DNA from: Rhina ancylostomus
Taxonomy: Eukaryota
Reading direction: 5' to 3'
Length of the DNA stretch: 62,989 nucleotides
Assembly: GCA_030265395.1 (NCBI GenBank)
Contig: JARFYF010000058.1
Coordinates: 5,626,655-5,689,643, forward strand
Shown here piece after piece: positions 1 to 25,945 of this stretch. Within the stretch, counting starts at the first letter, position 1, and every line of letters starts with the position of its first letter. A model generated the notes under the pieces. The model made no database searches and had not been told where the DNA came from. It saw only the letters and a list, made by a program, of their open reading frames with translations. The position numbers were made by a program, and so were the translations under genes.

Positions 1-599
1 GTCTTTTGTTCCTTTGTTTTGCTGAAACAAAATATCCATGTTCCAAGACTATGTTCCCAGTCTTCATGTGCATGGACCTCAGCTGACTCCATTCAGCTCC
101 CAGTAATTTCTGTTAGCGGGTTCACTGACAAATGCATTTCACATTTGATTTGGAATCCAACTTTCTTTCCTCTCCACCTGAAAACCTCAACCCTAGTTCA
201 AATGCTTCTCAGTCGCTTTTCTCTCAAATCTTGTGCTCTGATGGTCCAATTCTTCTCAACTCTAATTGTTATTTATAAAAGTGGCTCTCAGTTACATCCT
301 CAGTTTTCCTGGTTAATCCTTGCTCTTTACCAAGGACATAAAATTGACAAGAAATCATTACTTGAACTGAATCCTGCATATTTATGTTCAAAAAATAAAT
401 GTCAATTTCTCCTCACTGAATTTTACAGGAGACAATATACTTTTAAAGACAATTTGCCAGTGTGACATGAGAAACACTACTCCTAAATTGCTTGAGTCCT
501 CAAATACACATCCTCTAAACCTCTTGTATGACTTTTCTCTAAGATCAATGATGCCACTTCAACCTTTCATTTGGAAGGTCTGACTCCAAGTCTGACTCC

Positions 600-850
600 A
601 GGGATCTTAGTACATAGTCTAGACTGATACTTCAGTGCAGTGTTAGGGATATGATAGATTGTCAAATGTGCTGTCTTGTTCTTTCCTCTCAGATGGATGT
701 AAAGAAAAAACATCCCTCTATTTCAAAGAAAAACAGAGGAAATCTCCCTAGGGATCTGGCCAATATTTATCCTTTAGCCAATATCACTGAGCAGATTATC
801 TGGAACTTATTCTGTGTGGAAACTTGTGTTGCACAGAGAGGTGGTTGGGT
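600..850 (+). mobile_element. Deu-domain SINE (SacSINE1/AmnSINE1-like), decayed
   Basis: ctctcagatggatgtaaag...ctggccaatatttatcc...cagattatctgg, shared with copies at 13430, 17760 and 48730. Confidence 0.6.
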
Positions 851-949
851 TCCATAGATCAAAACAGTGGCTATGCTTCAAAAAATACTTTGGAACTTGG
901 TCATAAAGTTGCCATAGGAATGCAAGTGGACAACAGTCCAACTGGGCTA

Positions 950-1660
950 AGTGCAGGGTATACAGGAACAGAGGAGTTCGATGGGCAGGGTATAGATAAT
1001 AAATTTTTGACAGTGGCATGATATGTTGAAAGAGTGATTAGTAATGCACAGGGGACCCTGTGTCTCATAAATAAATGTATGGAGTCTGAAAGCAGGGAGG
1101 TTTGTTGAATCTTTATAAAACTCTGTTTAGGCCACACCTGAAGTTTTGCCCCCAGTCCTGATCTTAAGACTTCAGGAAGGATGTCAGGGTCCTAGAAAGA
1201 GTACAGAAAAGATTTATTAGAATGGCTGCAGGAATGAGAGATTTCTACCGTAAGTTTAGACTGGAGAAGCTAAGGTTTTTCACCTGAAAGTAAAGAAGAC
1301 TGAGATGAGATTTGATAGAGGTGAACAAGTCTGGTTTAGAAACAGTACATCAAGGGAAACAGTGATAAGTGAGGATCAAAGGGCTTGGATTACAGTGATA
1401 ATGCAAGAAATGTGGGGATGTGAGGTAAAGTTTGTTTATGGAGAGAACTGTGAATAAATGGAACTCAGTGACATTAAGAATGGTGGAAATAGTCAGTTAG
1501 GGCATTCAACAAGGAACTGGATAAGCCTTTGATGGAAAATAATTTTTAGGGTCTCTGGGAATAAGCTTGGATATGGAACTCCTGGATTGTTTTACAAAGC
1601 ACTGGACTCATTTGGCTGAACATCTTCCAGGAATACAGCATTGCTTCTATGATTCTATGT
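950..1660 (+). mobile_element. CR1-type LINE 3' fragment
   Basis: Decayed ORF2 end (LYKTLFRPHL; ERVQKRFIRM) ending in the short tandem tail ttctatgattctatg. Confidence 0.8.
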
Positions 1661-3029
1661 TCATCTCAATCTATATTATTTTTTTAAACTTTCTTCCACC
1701 ACATCTATCTTTACTGAGAACTCATTAATTGCGAAACCATTCCGAACAAATAACAGAGAAGTGTCAGAATCTTTTTGTTCTTTTAAAAGATGAAATTAAC
1801 TATTTTTCATTTGTTTTACTGGTAATTATTTCAGAACATTTGTGCAAATAGTAAGCAGTTCATTGTGGAGACTGGTTTAATGGCATCACGAAAGCTGAGC
1901 ATGAAAGCTGAATTAAAATTCACAGTTAAAGCAGAGACTTCTGAGGTTAATCTGCTCTTGACTGATGTCAATTCAAGCTTGGTAATAAGTACAAACCAGT
2001 TGCTCCGATAATATGATTGGTTTTCCCTGTTTAACTGAGGTAATAAACAAACAGACAGCAAAAAGAAAAAGAATACTCAATAATTAATGGCAGTTTCTCA
2101 TAAGTGAAGTGTAAAAGGCAAACAACAGTGTCTCCTTAATATTCAAACAATAAAGATGTTAATCAAAGTACTTTACAACCAAGGATAAATAAGGGTGACC
2201 TTCCTTTAGCTCACCAAATTAAGCATATTGCACAGTAATTGAAAGGCTTCTGTCTGGACAGTTTATTGATCAGTTTGTTACAGGCCAACAAATATTTTAT
2301 TTGAGGATCTACTGCTGGGAAATTCAGTAACATTCAGTACCCATATTCTTGTGTGTTGCAGGATATGCCTTATTCAGTCAAAGGTCTTTCCATCTCTTCC
2401 TTTGGCATTGCAGAAAGGAAAAGAAAATTAGCCAACATAAGAGTGATGGCTGAGTGGAGATTGTGCAAGAGTGGGGCCCAGGCTGTGGTAGAGACTTGGG
2501 GCAGAGGCAAGGGTTGTGGTTTGTAGATGGGTAATGTGTTGGACTGGAGATTAGCAGAAGGTCAAGGCAAGAATTGGCAGTTAGCAATCAGTGGGGGTGG
2601 AGTCAGTAGATGGGAGGACTCAAGTTGCCAGATGAGTGGTTGGGAAGAATTGACTGAGAATGGGGAGGGATGGGTGGTGGGGGATGCTGAAGGCGAGCCA
2701 ACTGAAGGGACATATCTGAGGTAGATTCCCACCGCCAGCTCAGTGGGCATGTGTGGGCACTTCAATGAGAACACTGGTCCACACTGAGTTAGCTGGTATC
2801 AGTTAGTGGAGGGCATTAAAATTAGCTGCAAAGCAGTGAAGTTAGAATGGGGGCATATATATTGTATTGATAGATGAACTGGGATTCCCACTCCTAATTC
2901 CTATCTAGTGACCTCTGCTGAATATCAGAACACTAGGTTCTTCACGTGATCCTCGCACAATCCAATGTAATGCATTTATTTGTATTAATGCCTCTGATTC
3001 TAGTATCTTGTGCTCTCCCATTTTTAATG

Positions 3030-3235
3030 ATCCAGCATCACAGCCAAGCTTCAACTACTTCTCTCTCCTTCATTAAGACACTCCTTAAAACCTACCTCTT
3101 TGACCAACCCTTTGACCATCCACCCCAATATCTCTCTGTGTGACTTGATGTCACTTTTTCACTGAATCACCATAATGGCAGTCATTTTGGAGCATTACAT
3201 TATATTTGAGGGACTCTGTAAATGCAAGGTGCTGT
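3030..3235 (+). mobile_element. L2-type LINE 3' end fragment
   Basis: aagacactccttaaaacctacctctttgacc (KTLLKTYLFD), typical of the L2 ORF2 C-terminus, followed by a decayed tail. Confidence 0.6.
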
Positions 3236-4769
3236 TTTTGATGCTGTGCACTCACTTGCACACAAAGAATGGTCACTTGGGTGAGCAGGGTGAGGCTTAA
3301 CCCATGGAAACATATCCTAGCATGGGTCAGTGAATGAGGGATAAGGGTTAAAACCTGGAAAAAACAACACCTACAATTAAATTAAAAAACTATTCATTGA
3401 GCTTTGTTTATCAAGGCATGAATCTGTTCTGTTTCCATATGTGGTGTGTACTCACTCCCCTCCATATGACAGATATTCCTGTTCTTTCACAAACATGCCT
3501 CTCATTTTCCACAGTCACTGCAAAGGCAACTAACCAATGCCAACACTAATTTTATAGATTTTGACACCATAATCTCACTTGAAATTATCAATACAGCTTT
3601 AAACAAAAAATAATGGACTGCCATTATCACAGAAGACGTGTCTGTCAAATCTGCCTTGATTTATTTGGAAATATAAAATAATGGAAATTATGTTTGAAGT
3701 AACCTCAATGGCATGTGCCAAAACTAATCTTTTTAAGAATATTGTCAAGCTTTTTTTTCAAAGAAAAATCAGTGTGTATATTTGGATCAATGAACAAAGC
3801 ACTTTTGGGGTAAATATTTTGTGAGACTAGGTCTCACTTAAATACATTGGTTATGAATATCCTCAGGAACCTTACTCTTGGATGTTTACTGTAACATTGG
3901 AAGTCAAAGCAACCAGGAAAAAGATCATTTATGCCATTTTTCCAGGGGTTAACAACAGCTCCTGTTCCGAAGTTATTACAAATAATTGGAAGAACTCCAC
4001 ATCTGATCTGTCTATCCTTTAGGTAGGTATTCCAGAGAAGTACTGCATTCCTGGCACCTGACCAAGTCCCTGCTCGACTGGTTTAATAATTGATAGAGGA
4101 ACATAGGTAGATTTCACACAGAAGTAAGCCATTCGGCTTGGGCCTGCTCTTCTATTCAATTAGATTAAGAATGAGCAAGATGGTCTTGGAAAGAGGAGGT
4201 CCTGGTAAACAATCAATGGCCTGCCTTGTTATTGATCAAAATATTTATTCCAGCATCCGAGTTCAACCTTTCCCTTGTTCTTTCCAAAGTGCTCCAGCTA
4301 ATATAAACATCAGTTTTTAGTTTAATGAAGTATTCAGCTGGCCCTGCCAGCCTCTCCTGCCCAGAGTGGACATGGTTCATGCTTTTAAGCAACGTGCATT
4401 CTGACCGACACACCAGCAGTCTTTACATCATGGGGTGGGAGGACAGGTTTCTAGAGCATGTTTGGTGGCCAAATTTTAATGAAACAAAAGCAGAATACCC
4501 CAAATGCTGGAAACTTGAAAGAAAAACAGACAATGCTAAAACTATTTTAGCCAAACAGGTAACATCGTGGAGATAGGGAAAAGGTTATAAGTTCAACAAT
4601 AAGTTACTTTTTATCATTGTCGGAAAAAATTTAAAATTTCATAGTTTTAGCACCATACATAGGGAGACGAAAGGACAAAACAACAAAGCTGTGACAAGAT
4701 GGAAACCAGGAGTAACTTTGCTGCCAACCCATAAATTATTAAAATAATATACAGCAGCTAAATTGATCA

Positions 4770-4866
4770 ATGCACAAAATGCTGGAGGAACTCAGGGGTC
4801 AGGCAGTGTCGATGGATGGAAATGGACAGTCGATGTTTCAGGTCGAGACCCTTCATCTGGACTGGG
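4770..4866 (-). mobile_element. Penelope-like terminal repeat with mutated hammerhead
   Basis: Minus strand cagtc-CAGATGA-a-gggtctcgacct-GAAA-ca-TC-gactg at 4827-4864: perfect stem I but a U4A core change. Confidence 0.65.
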
Positions 4867-5164
4867 TTGATCGTATTGGTTTGTGGTTGAAGCTGTGCTT
4901 TGGTCTATGATTTGATGCTGTTGGTGTCAAACTCCTTCCTTCTCAATTGCTCAGTGATAAGTGGGATTGGGACCCCAGTTATTTCCAGTTGTCTTAAGTG
5001 AACCAGTTTCCATTTAAAAGATTATCAGGAAGGATGATCCATAGTTTGACCTGTGTGGAATTGCAAAGTTTTCTTCATATTTACAGGGTTGTTGTAAAAT
5101 TGAAGCCACCTGAAATGGTCCTGAAATGAAGTGGATTCCATAACGTTCCATAAGATGAGATAAG

Positions 5165-5450
5165 ATATTTATTTATTTATTAGTCACATGTACATCAAAA
5201 CACACAGTAAAGTGCATCTTTTTGCATCACTAAAAATGTGCTGGGGCAGCCCAGAAGTGTTGCCACGCTTCCAGCGCCAACATAGCATGCCCACAGCTCC
5301 TGACCTATACATCTCTTTTGGAATGTGGGAGGAAACCGGACCACCTGGAAGAAACCCACGCAGACATGGAGAAACGTACAAGCTCCTTACAGATGGCAGC
5401 AGGAATTGAACCTGGGTGTCACAGTGTTGAGCAAAGAGCAAGCTCACAGA
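5165..5450 (-). mobile_element. V-domain SINE (HE1-like)
   Basis: ggaatgtgggaggaaaccggaccacctggaagaaacccacgcagacatggagaaacgtacaagctcc is the reverse complement of the V-SINE core. Confidence 0.75.
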
Positions 5451-5861
5451 GAACGCAAATGCAGCACACTGACACAAGACTGGAGTCAGGATACCTTCTC
5501 AGGACATAACACAGGCAGCAACTGGAAGGAATCTTGCCTCGGAGGTCTGAAGAGGAATCCCAACATGAACTGGATCTTCAAAAAGGAATAGAGAACACAG
5601 GACTGCTATAGACTAGACCACACTAAGCAGCTAGGAGCCAAAGGCAGACCAATACTCTGGCAACTAGTGCCAGAGAAACACATCTACTTATGCTAGGCCC
5701 CTGATGGGGCTCAGGTGTGTGTTGTTATGTAATCAGTCCAGCATGGAATCCATGTGCTGTANNNNNNNNNNNNNNNNNNNNNNNNNNNNNNNNNNNNNNN
5801 NNNNNNNNNNNNNNNNNNNNNNNNNNNNNNNNNNNNNNNNNNNNNNNNNNNNNNNNNNNNN

Positions 5862-6235
5862 CAGAGGGTTGTGGACTCAGCCAGCTCCATCACGGGCACA
5901 ACCCTCCCCACCGTCGAGGACACCTTCAAGAGGCGGTGCCTCAAGAAGGTGGCATCCATCACTAAGGGCCCTCACCACCTGGGACATGCCCTCTTCTTGT
6001 TACTACCATCAGGGAGGCAATACAGGAGCCTGAAGACCCACACTCAACGCTTCTTCCACTCCACCATAAGATCTCTGAATGGTGCATGAACCTATGAACA
6101 CTACCTGATTATTCCTTTTCTTTTGCACTATTTATTTATTTTTGTAACATAGTAATTTTATGTCTTGCAAAGTACTGCTGCCACAAAACAACAAATTTCA
6201 CCTTCATATAAATTAGTGACAATAAATTTGATTCT
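5862..6235 (+). mobile_element. Rex/Babar-like LINE 3' fragment
   Basis: Encodes QRVVDSASSITG...HHLGHALFLLLPSGRQYRSLKTHTQRFFHSTIRSLN, then a tail ending gtgacaataaatttgattctga. Confidence 0.8.
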
Positions 6236-8322
6236 GAAGAGACAGCACATGCTGCAGGCGCCTAATGGCCCCCTTCTGTGCTGTAGATTTTTGTGATTCG
6301 GGCAGGTTTGCTTGGCTCTTATGTTAGGGCGGAAACATTCACAATGACAGCGATAGGCTCCAAACGTCTTAAACTTCTCTATGACCTTCTTACCACCATC
6401 TGATCTGCCGCGCATTGGAACCAGTTCCCTATTACCCTCTCACTCCTGCGCAGATGTTAAACAAACTACCTCGCCTTATTGTCTCCAATCTATCCTAATG
6501 AGAATTAAATGTGAATACTAATCTTTCCATTAATTTTAGGAAAAAATAGAAATCTGTAATGCTTATGAAAGATACAGCCCTTAACGGAATTGAGTTTTCC
6601 TAACGTATATGAAAAGTTTTCTCTCCCCAGTATGTACCAAGTCCAAGGCCAAACGTTCTTACCGCCTCACTTGATGTTTAATCCGCATTTCTGATTACAA
6701 TTTATACCCCTGTTCGCCTCAGATTAGATACGGTGCTCCCGTTAGTTAAGTACAAGTTCTCTACGGTGCATAAGATATATTTATCGCTATCCTTCAATGG
6801 TTTGTGTGGTTTCCTCGAATTGGAAATTGTACAACCGGAAAGAGTAGAATTTGAGGAAATGTCAGTCTTGCGAATTTGGGCATAGATTCCATTATTTGGT
6901 TAATGCGAAAGATCTGCTGGAATCCAGCGAACACGTGGAGGATTTTCAACGACTGGGTGAACAAAATATATCTCTTCTGGTTCAGCTGGTCAAAAACAAG
7001 GAATGCAACATCTGTGTAACAGGAGGAAAGAACAGTTTGACTTCAAATTAGAACCCCGAACATCTGGAGCAGCCAAGCATTGCTCGGACAGATCCTTGTT
7101 CATACTGGTTTGAAACGTCACGATTTTTTGCTCTGCATCAAACTAGAAAAATACACACAAGTCGTGTGTTTAAATGGGTTTGCAATCTCTTGCATTCTGA
7201 TTAACCATAAATCTCTAACATTTCTCTGTCAGATTGTAATTGGTGCCGTAGTTTAGTCTTTTTTTCTGGTTGAATNNNNNNNNNNNNNNNNNNNNNNNNN
7301 NNNNNNNNNNNNNNNNNNNNNNNNNNNNNNNNNNNNNNNNNNNNNNNNNNNNNNNNNNNNNNNNNNNNNNNNNNNGTCTTTTTTTCTGGTTGAATCCACA
7401 GTCCTACCCAGTAAAATGAACTGTTGTTAACAGTGTTACCAACTCTGGCTCGTTGCAAAAGATAATCTTTCTTTTATCTCTCTCTCAAAAACAACCGGAC
7501 ATTCCTGATTTATTCTGCGAAGAGTGTCAAACTTTAACGAAAGATTTGCAATCTATTTTTGCCCTCTCGAAACTGCCCCTACTCCCCAGCGTTGAGAGTT
7601 CGGATATAAATGTTTAGTCTTAAAATAATCGAAAAATTGAGTGGGGATTCGGTCACATAAAACAATCCCACGGAATAATAAAGAGCAGCAGTCTTGTGAC
7701 GCAGTCACAGAGGAGATGGTGTTTAGTTTCTCCTACAAGGCGAGTTAGCTGTTCTACCCCACCTGAAAGCATCTTCTTCCATACTCAGAGGACCGCAGTT
7801 CACATTCACGGTTAGGCCATCTCAGAGTTTGTATAAAATGAAATGCTCTCCTATTCTTTCATAGACTGGCATGATCTCAATCCAATCCATGGATGACCGT
7901 GGTGAATTAGACGCTGGCGTGTAACTATAGGTAACGCCAATGCGGTGTATTTATTCCAATAGAACGGTTAAACTTTCCAGCTTTCAATATTGCCTGTTTC
8001 ATATTGTGCATTGTTTCCATTACATCTTTCATTATAAAGAACAATTCTTGTTTTAATTTACAGAAACCGATTTGAAATGTACGGTGCACCTTTTCATTAA
8101 AAAAAAACGTTCTCTGAAACCACAATAAAAACCAGCATTGAATAATAAATCCTACCGATACCGAGCCCTCTCGCTTCTATATTGTGTACATTAGGGAGGG
8201 GAAATGCATTATTTAGCATACATTTAGATTTAGAATATTCTCTGGAATATGGAATTTTATTTTGAATCCAGTGTATTGTTTTTACAAAATGAAATGCCCA
8301 GGGTATGTTGCCAGCATCGATG

Positions 8323-8550
8323 GTAACCATGGCGACTCTCCAGAAAGGTGTATTATACACAGAGCTTGACGGTACAGTTGGCTGCCTCCTGCCACTGAAT
8401 CTATTGCTTTTTCAACGAAGCCTGGTGAACGGCCCTCGGTGGCTTTTGTTTCTCATTCGTGGCCTTGCCCCGCGCCCTACATTCTGGATCTAAATAGAGT
8501 ACCGTTCCCGGGGATGTTTGTAACAATAATATCCGCCCCTACCCGCCCTG
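8323..8550. promoter_or_regulatory. Promoter-like element: RFX X-box plus GC-boxes
   Basis: GTAACCATGGCGAC at 8323-8336 fits the X-box GTNRCC-N(0-3)-RGYAAC with one mismatch; CAGTTG (MYB-like) near 8374; two CCGCCC near 8532-8548; CpG retained locally. Confidence 0.45.
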
Positions 8551-9464
8551 GGCAGTATATTATCTTCAACCGACGTTCGGCACCATTCGATTTATCCTCA
8601 AAATTTCGATTCTCCCCCCCCCCCAAAAAAAAATGAAATACAGATTGNNNNNNNNNNNNNNNNNNNNNNNNNNNNNNNNNNNNNNNNNNNNNNNNNNNNN
8701 NNNNNAAATGAAATACAGATTGATTTGGAGATGCCTTATTCACACATGCACCAGTGTTATTGATTCTTCTCTCTCTCCCGTGTCAGTTGCGCCCAATCCC
8801 CCATTCGTTTCCAAGCCTTCCACCCTCCTGGCGTGGTTTTCCCATCATTATCCCCATGGCCGGGCGACTGCCCCTTCTACGGAGAGAAGCTTTATTCCCT
8901 CAGTGACCCAGTATTCAGAATCGGATTCGCATCGCCCGATTGATAATAGTCTTCATTGACATGGTCTTGGTGTGGTGAAAATGGTAATCCGGATGTCAAC
9001 TGAATATAATACAACACGTCTTTTAATACAACCCTCCTGTTAACCAAGTCTGGGTCAACTGTGGGAGTGCGGTGCTCGGTTCACAGGATGCTTGCGTCTC
9101 TGGCCAACCCCAAAATTTCAATTGAACCCTTTGTGACCTCAAGAGGTCGCAACGTTCTTTGCAGCCAGTGTACAACTTTCTAAAGTGGACTGTTGCAAAC
9201 TCAGGCACTGATGCACTTCCTGAAAATCAGGTGAAAATGCAAAGCAAGAGTGCCTGAAATCCGAAAATGACGGTAACATTCTTAATAATAGAACCCAGAG
9301 AGCTTGCTGCGTTGAAGCCTTCCAGCCACTGAATGACATGTTCTGTATCTTCAACATCCTTTTCTTAAATTTCGTCCCTTGAAAACTTCGTCTCCAACCA
9401 GCGTACAATGTACAATCTCTAAATGAGGCGATATTATGTTACCCATCTCTATTCCTTTCAAAAC

Positions 9465-9470
9465 TTTATT
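9465..9470 (-). terminator. Probable polyadenylation signal of PCGF2 (about 1.9 kb 3'UTR)
   Basis: AATAAA on the minus strand (TTTATT at 9465-9470) at the end of an AU-rich stretch, ...ccttattgAATAAAgttttg. Confidence 0.55.
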
Positions 9471-9762
9471 CAATAAGGTTTTTTGTTTGCTTTAGAAAAT
9501 AAATGGATATTGTCATTATTTTAAAGGGATGGCTGTCACATCATTCCCCATTCTACAATCGAAAAGTTATTCTGAAACATGGGAAGATGTTTATAATTAA
9601 AGTAAATACAATTCTAGAATGATTTAATAGGTTTATCAAAACATAAAATAAAATTTATGAAACAATATTCCATCTGAACTCATTTCGTTTGTGCTATTCT
9701 GTCGGTAGCAAATCGTTAGAGGGAAAGAATTTTCATCTCATGCTCATACTCACAATTGCTTA

Positions 9763-9763
<1 letters not shown>

Positions 9764-9794
<31 letters not shown>

Positions 9795-9830
9795 TCACAC
9801 ACTCTCTCTCTCTCTCACACACACACACAT
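9764..9830. repeat. (TC)n/(CA)n compound microsatellite in the PCGF2 3'UTR
   Basis: Direct reading. Confidence 0.9.
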
Positions 9831-11380
9831 CAAACTAAGAAAATGTAAGCATTGAAATGCTAAATTGTACAGTCGACTCCAGTTAATTGATGTTTTTAAA
9901 GTCGCCACCTGTGTTAAGCAGACAACACCAGTTTGTTTAGAATTAGTCCAATTATTTTTGCAATAAATATTTGATTGTTGCTGTCACTTTAAACAAAAGC
10001 ATTTAAATGCAAAGCAGAAAGAGATCATTCCTGTTGAATTACCAAACAAAAGTACTCTCTATCTATAACCGTGGTATTTGCAAGTATGACTCTAATCTCT
10101 TCAACTTCTACCAATAGTTTCTAACCAGGTTATTCAGAATTCTGTACATATTTCATTCAAAGTATAGCGAGGAATATTTATAGCTTATCTGTACCTGAAT
10201 CTACTCCCTGTGCTTATAACCTAAGCTTCTGGAGATTGCAGGAGCCTGGTAGGCAAGTAGGAAGAATGAAAAATCCCCACCTGCCCATCCAAAGGCAGTG
10301 GGGAGTTTGCTTGGAAAAGCTCTTATGGGAAGAGAATTTCCCTTCCCCCTCCCAAAAACCAACTCCTATTTTCGTGGCTGGTAAATGAATGTGACAAGGT
10401 GTTCTGAAAGACTTTCTCTGTTCAGGGCTGAAGGTGGAATTCTCTGAGATTCCGCCCTTTTTCTGATAACTGGAATCAGTAACTACGGCAACTCAACAAC
10501 AGCTCGACTGTGGCTCAACTACAGTCCGACTATGGCTCAAAGGGCGCTCCCTCCTCAGGCCCACAACACACAAACTCACAGACAACGTGAACACAAAAAC
10601 GTTGAAGAGAATGGACATGTCCAACTGACTGGAAAAAAAAGTAAACTGATTTGCGTTTTCTCCAGAAATGCAAAAATGGAATTAGGAGACAAACGTCTCT
10701 GAGTCACTTTGTGTTCCACTAACGTTGAAAACCTCATAATGACTTTACATGCATACAAATATTTCAGGGCGCGTTTTCCTGATGTTTTATCGAACATTAC
10801 ATGAGAGACAGAATGACGTCTCCCTATATCACTCCTATTTTGAGTGTTGTATCTTCCAACACTCAACGCTTCTATTTCTGGTAGGTTGTAATCGTTTACA
10901 AATACCATCAAAGCGCATGAGATTGATTCAAACGATATCACGCGTCACAACACTGGTTGGAAGGGAACTACTCCCTTTTAACGACTGGAACTGATGAGAT
11001 TGATTTAAGGCAATTTTCTTTCAAAGGAGAAACCCACATCGCCTGATGTTTCAGCAAACACATGTGGTGGCCGAACTGTAGGCGCGGCCGATGTTGCTTC
11101 ACTTAAGAGGAATCGACTGTACTCGATATCTGCAAGTCGAGGCAATGGGCGTCCAGATCGTCTGGGACCATAACCTGGAGGTGCATGTTGGCCATTTACA
11201 TTTAAAAAGCTGTGTGGGGGGATACAAATGTTTCTGACAATAACCATATTGCTAAACAGAATATATATATTACATTTAATAAAGGGGCCGGCGGCCAGCT
11301 CGATCCTGGCAGCGCGGTGTATATTATACAGGCGACTTCCTTTTCCTTGTTGCTTGACATTAATTCGGCCGTTCCAGATT

Positions 11381-25434
<14,054 letters not shown>

Positions 25435-25867
25435 TCATGTACAAGTCTGGTAACAGTATTCAAAGGATTCATTAAGTCACCTCCTGCAACAAACTTCCTG
25501 GGTCAATTACACGTTGACTTCACTGGTAATTTCGACACAATAGCAATTTCTGAATTCCTAGCATTGTTGAATAGGGTACGGAGATTGACTTAGAAAGCCT
25601 GACTGTGAAGTCCTTCAAATGGATGAACGAAATTTAACACAATGGATTTTTCCCCCAAGAAAGAAACCAGTCTTACGCTGTGTCGGAAATCAAAACCTGT
25701 GTGGGAAAACAAGGGAAAACTGAAAATAATTTAATACCTTAAAACGTGTAACTTCTCATTCAACAATAACTCCCTTATAAACGCGCAGAATGTTAGGATT
25801 CCATAAAAGTCAGCAACATCAATAAAGACTGTGGAAACGAGAAGACGAATATTATGCTCCCTTGATT

Positions 25868-25945
25868 CAAAACAGAAAATGCTGGAAACACTCAGTATGT
25901 TGGGCAGCATCTATAGAAAGAGAAGCAGTTAACGTTTCCGGTCAT
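25868..25945 (-). mobile_element. Penelope-like terminal repeat fragment (further fragments near 4490-4590, 17110-17180, 19950-20040, 48495-48545)
   Basis: aaaacagaaaatgctggaaacactcag...gcagcatctatagaaagagaagcagttaacgtttc; only the GAAACGUU half of the hammerhead remains. Confidence 0.5.

Noticed and set aside
19-465. 148-aa plus-strand ORF
   Set aside because: Non-ATG start and no recognisable domain; the minus-strand frames I checked (1-178) are closed; likely chance.
3876-4082. Minus-strand stop-free frame (…LWNTYLKDRQIRCGVLPIICNNFG…HPR) ending at a GTAAGG donor
   Set aside because: No recognisable homology and a weak acceptor; open frames of this length are expected by chance.
6950-7011. 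VFDQLNQKRYILFTQ as a SPAG6 N-terminal relic (VFEQYQKARTQFVQ)
   Set aside because: Similarity is too short, needs a gap and does not extend.
7256-7395. Identical sequence on both sides of N gaps (also near 8632/8707, 24910/25021, 28394/28500, 42245/42352)
   Set aside because: Overlapping contig ends joined with padded gaps; an assembly artefact rather than target-site duplications.
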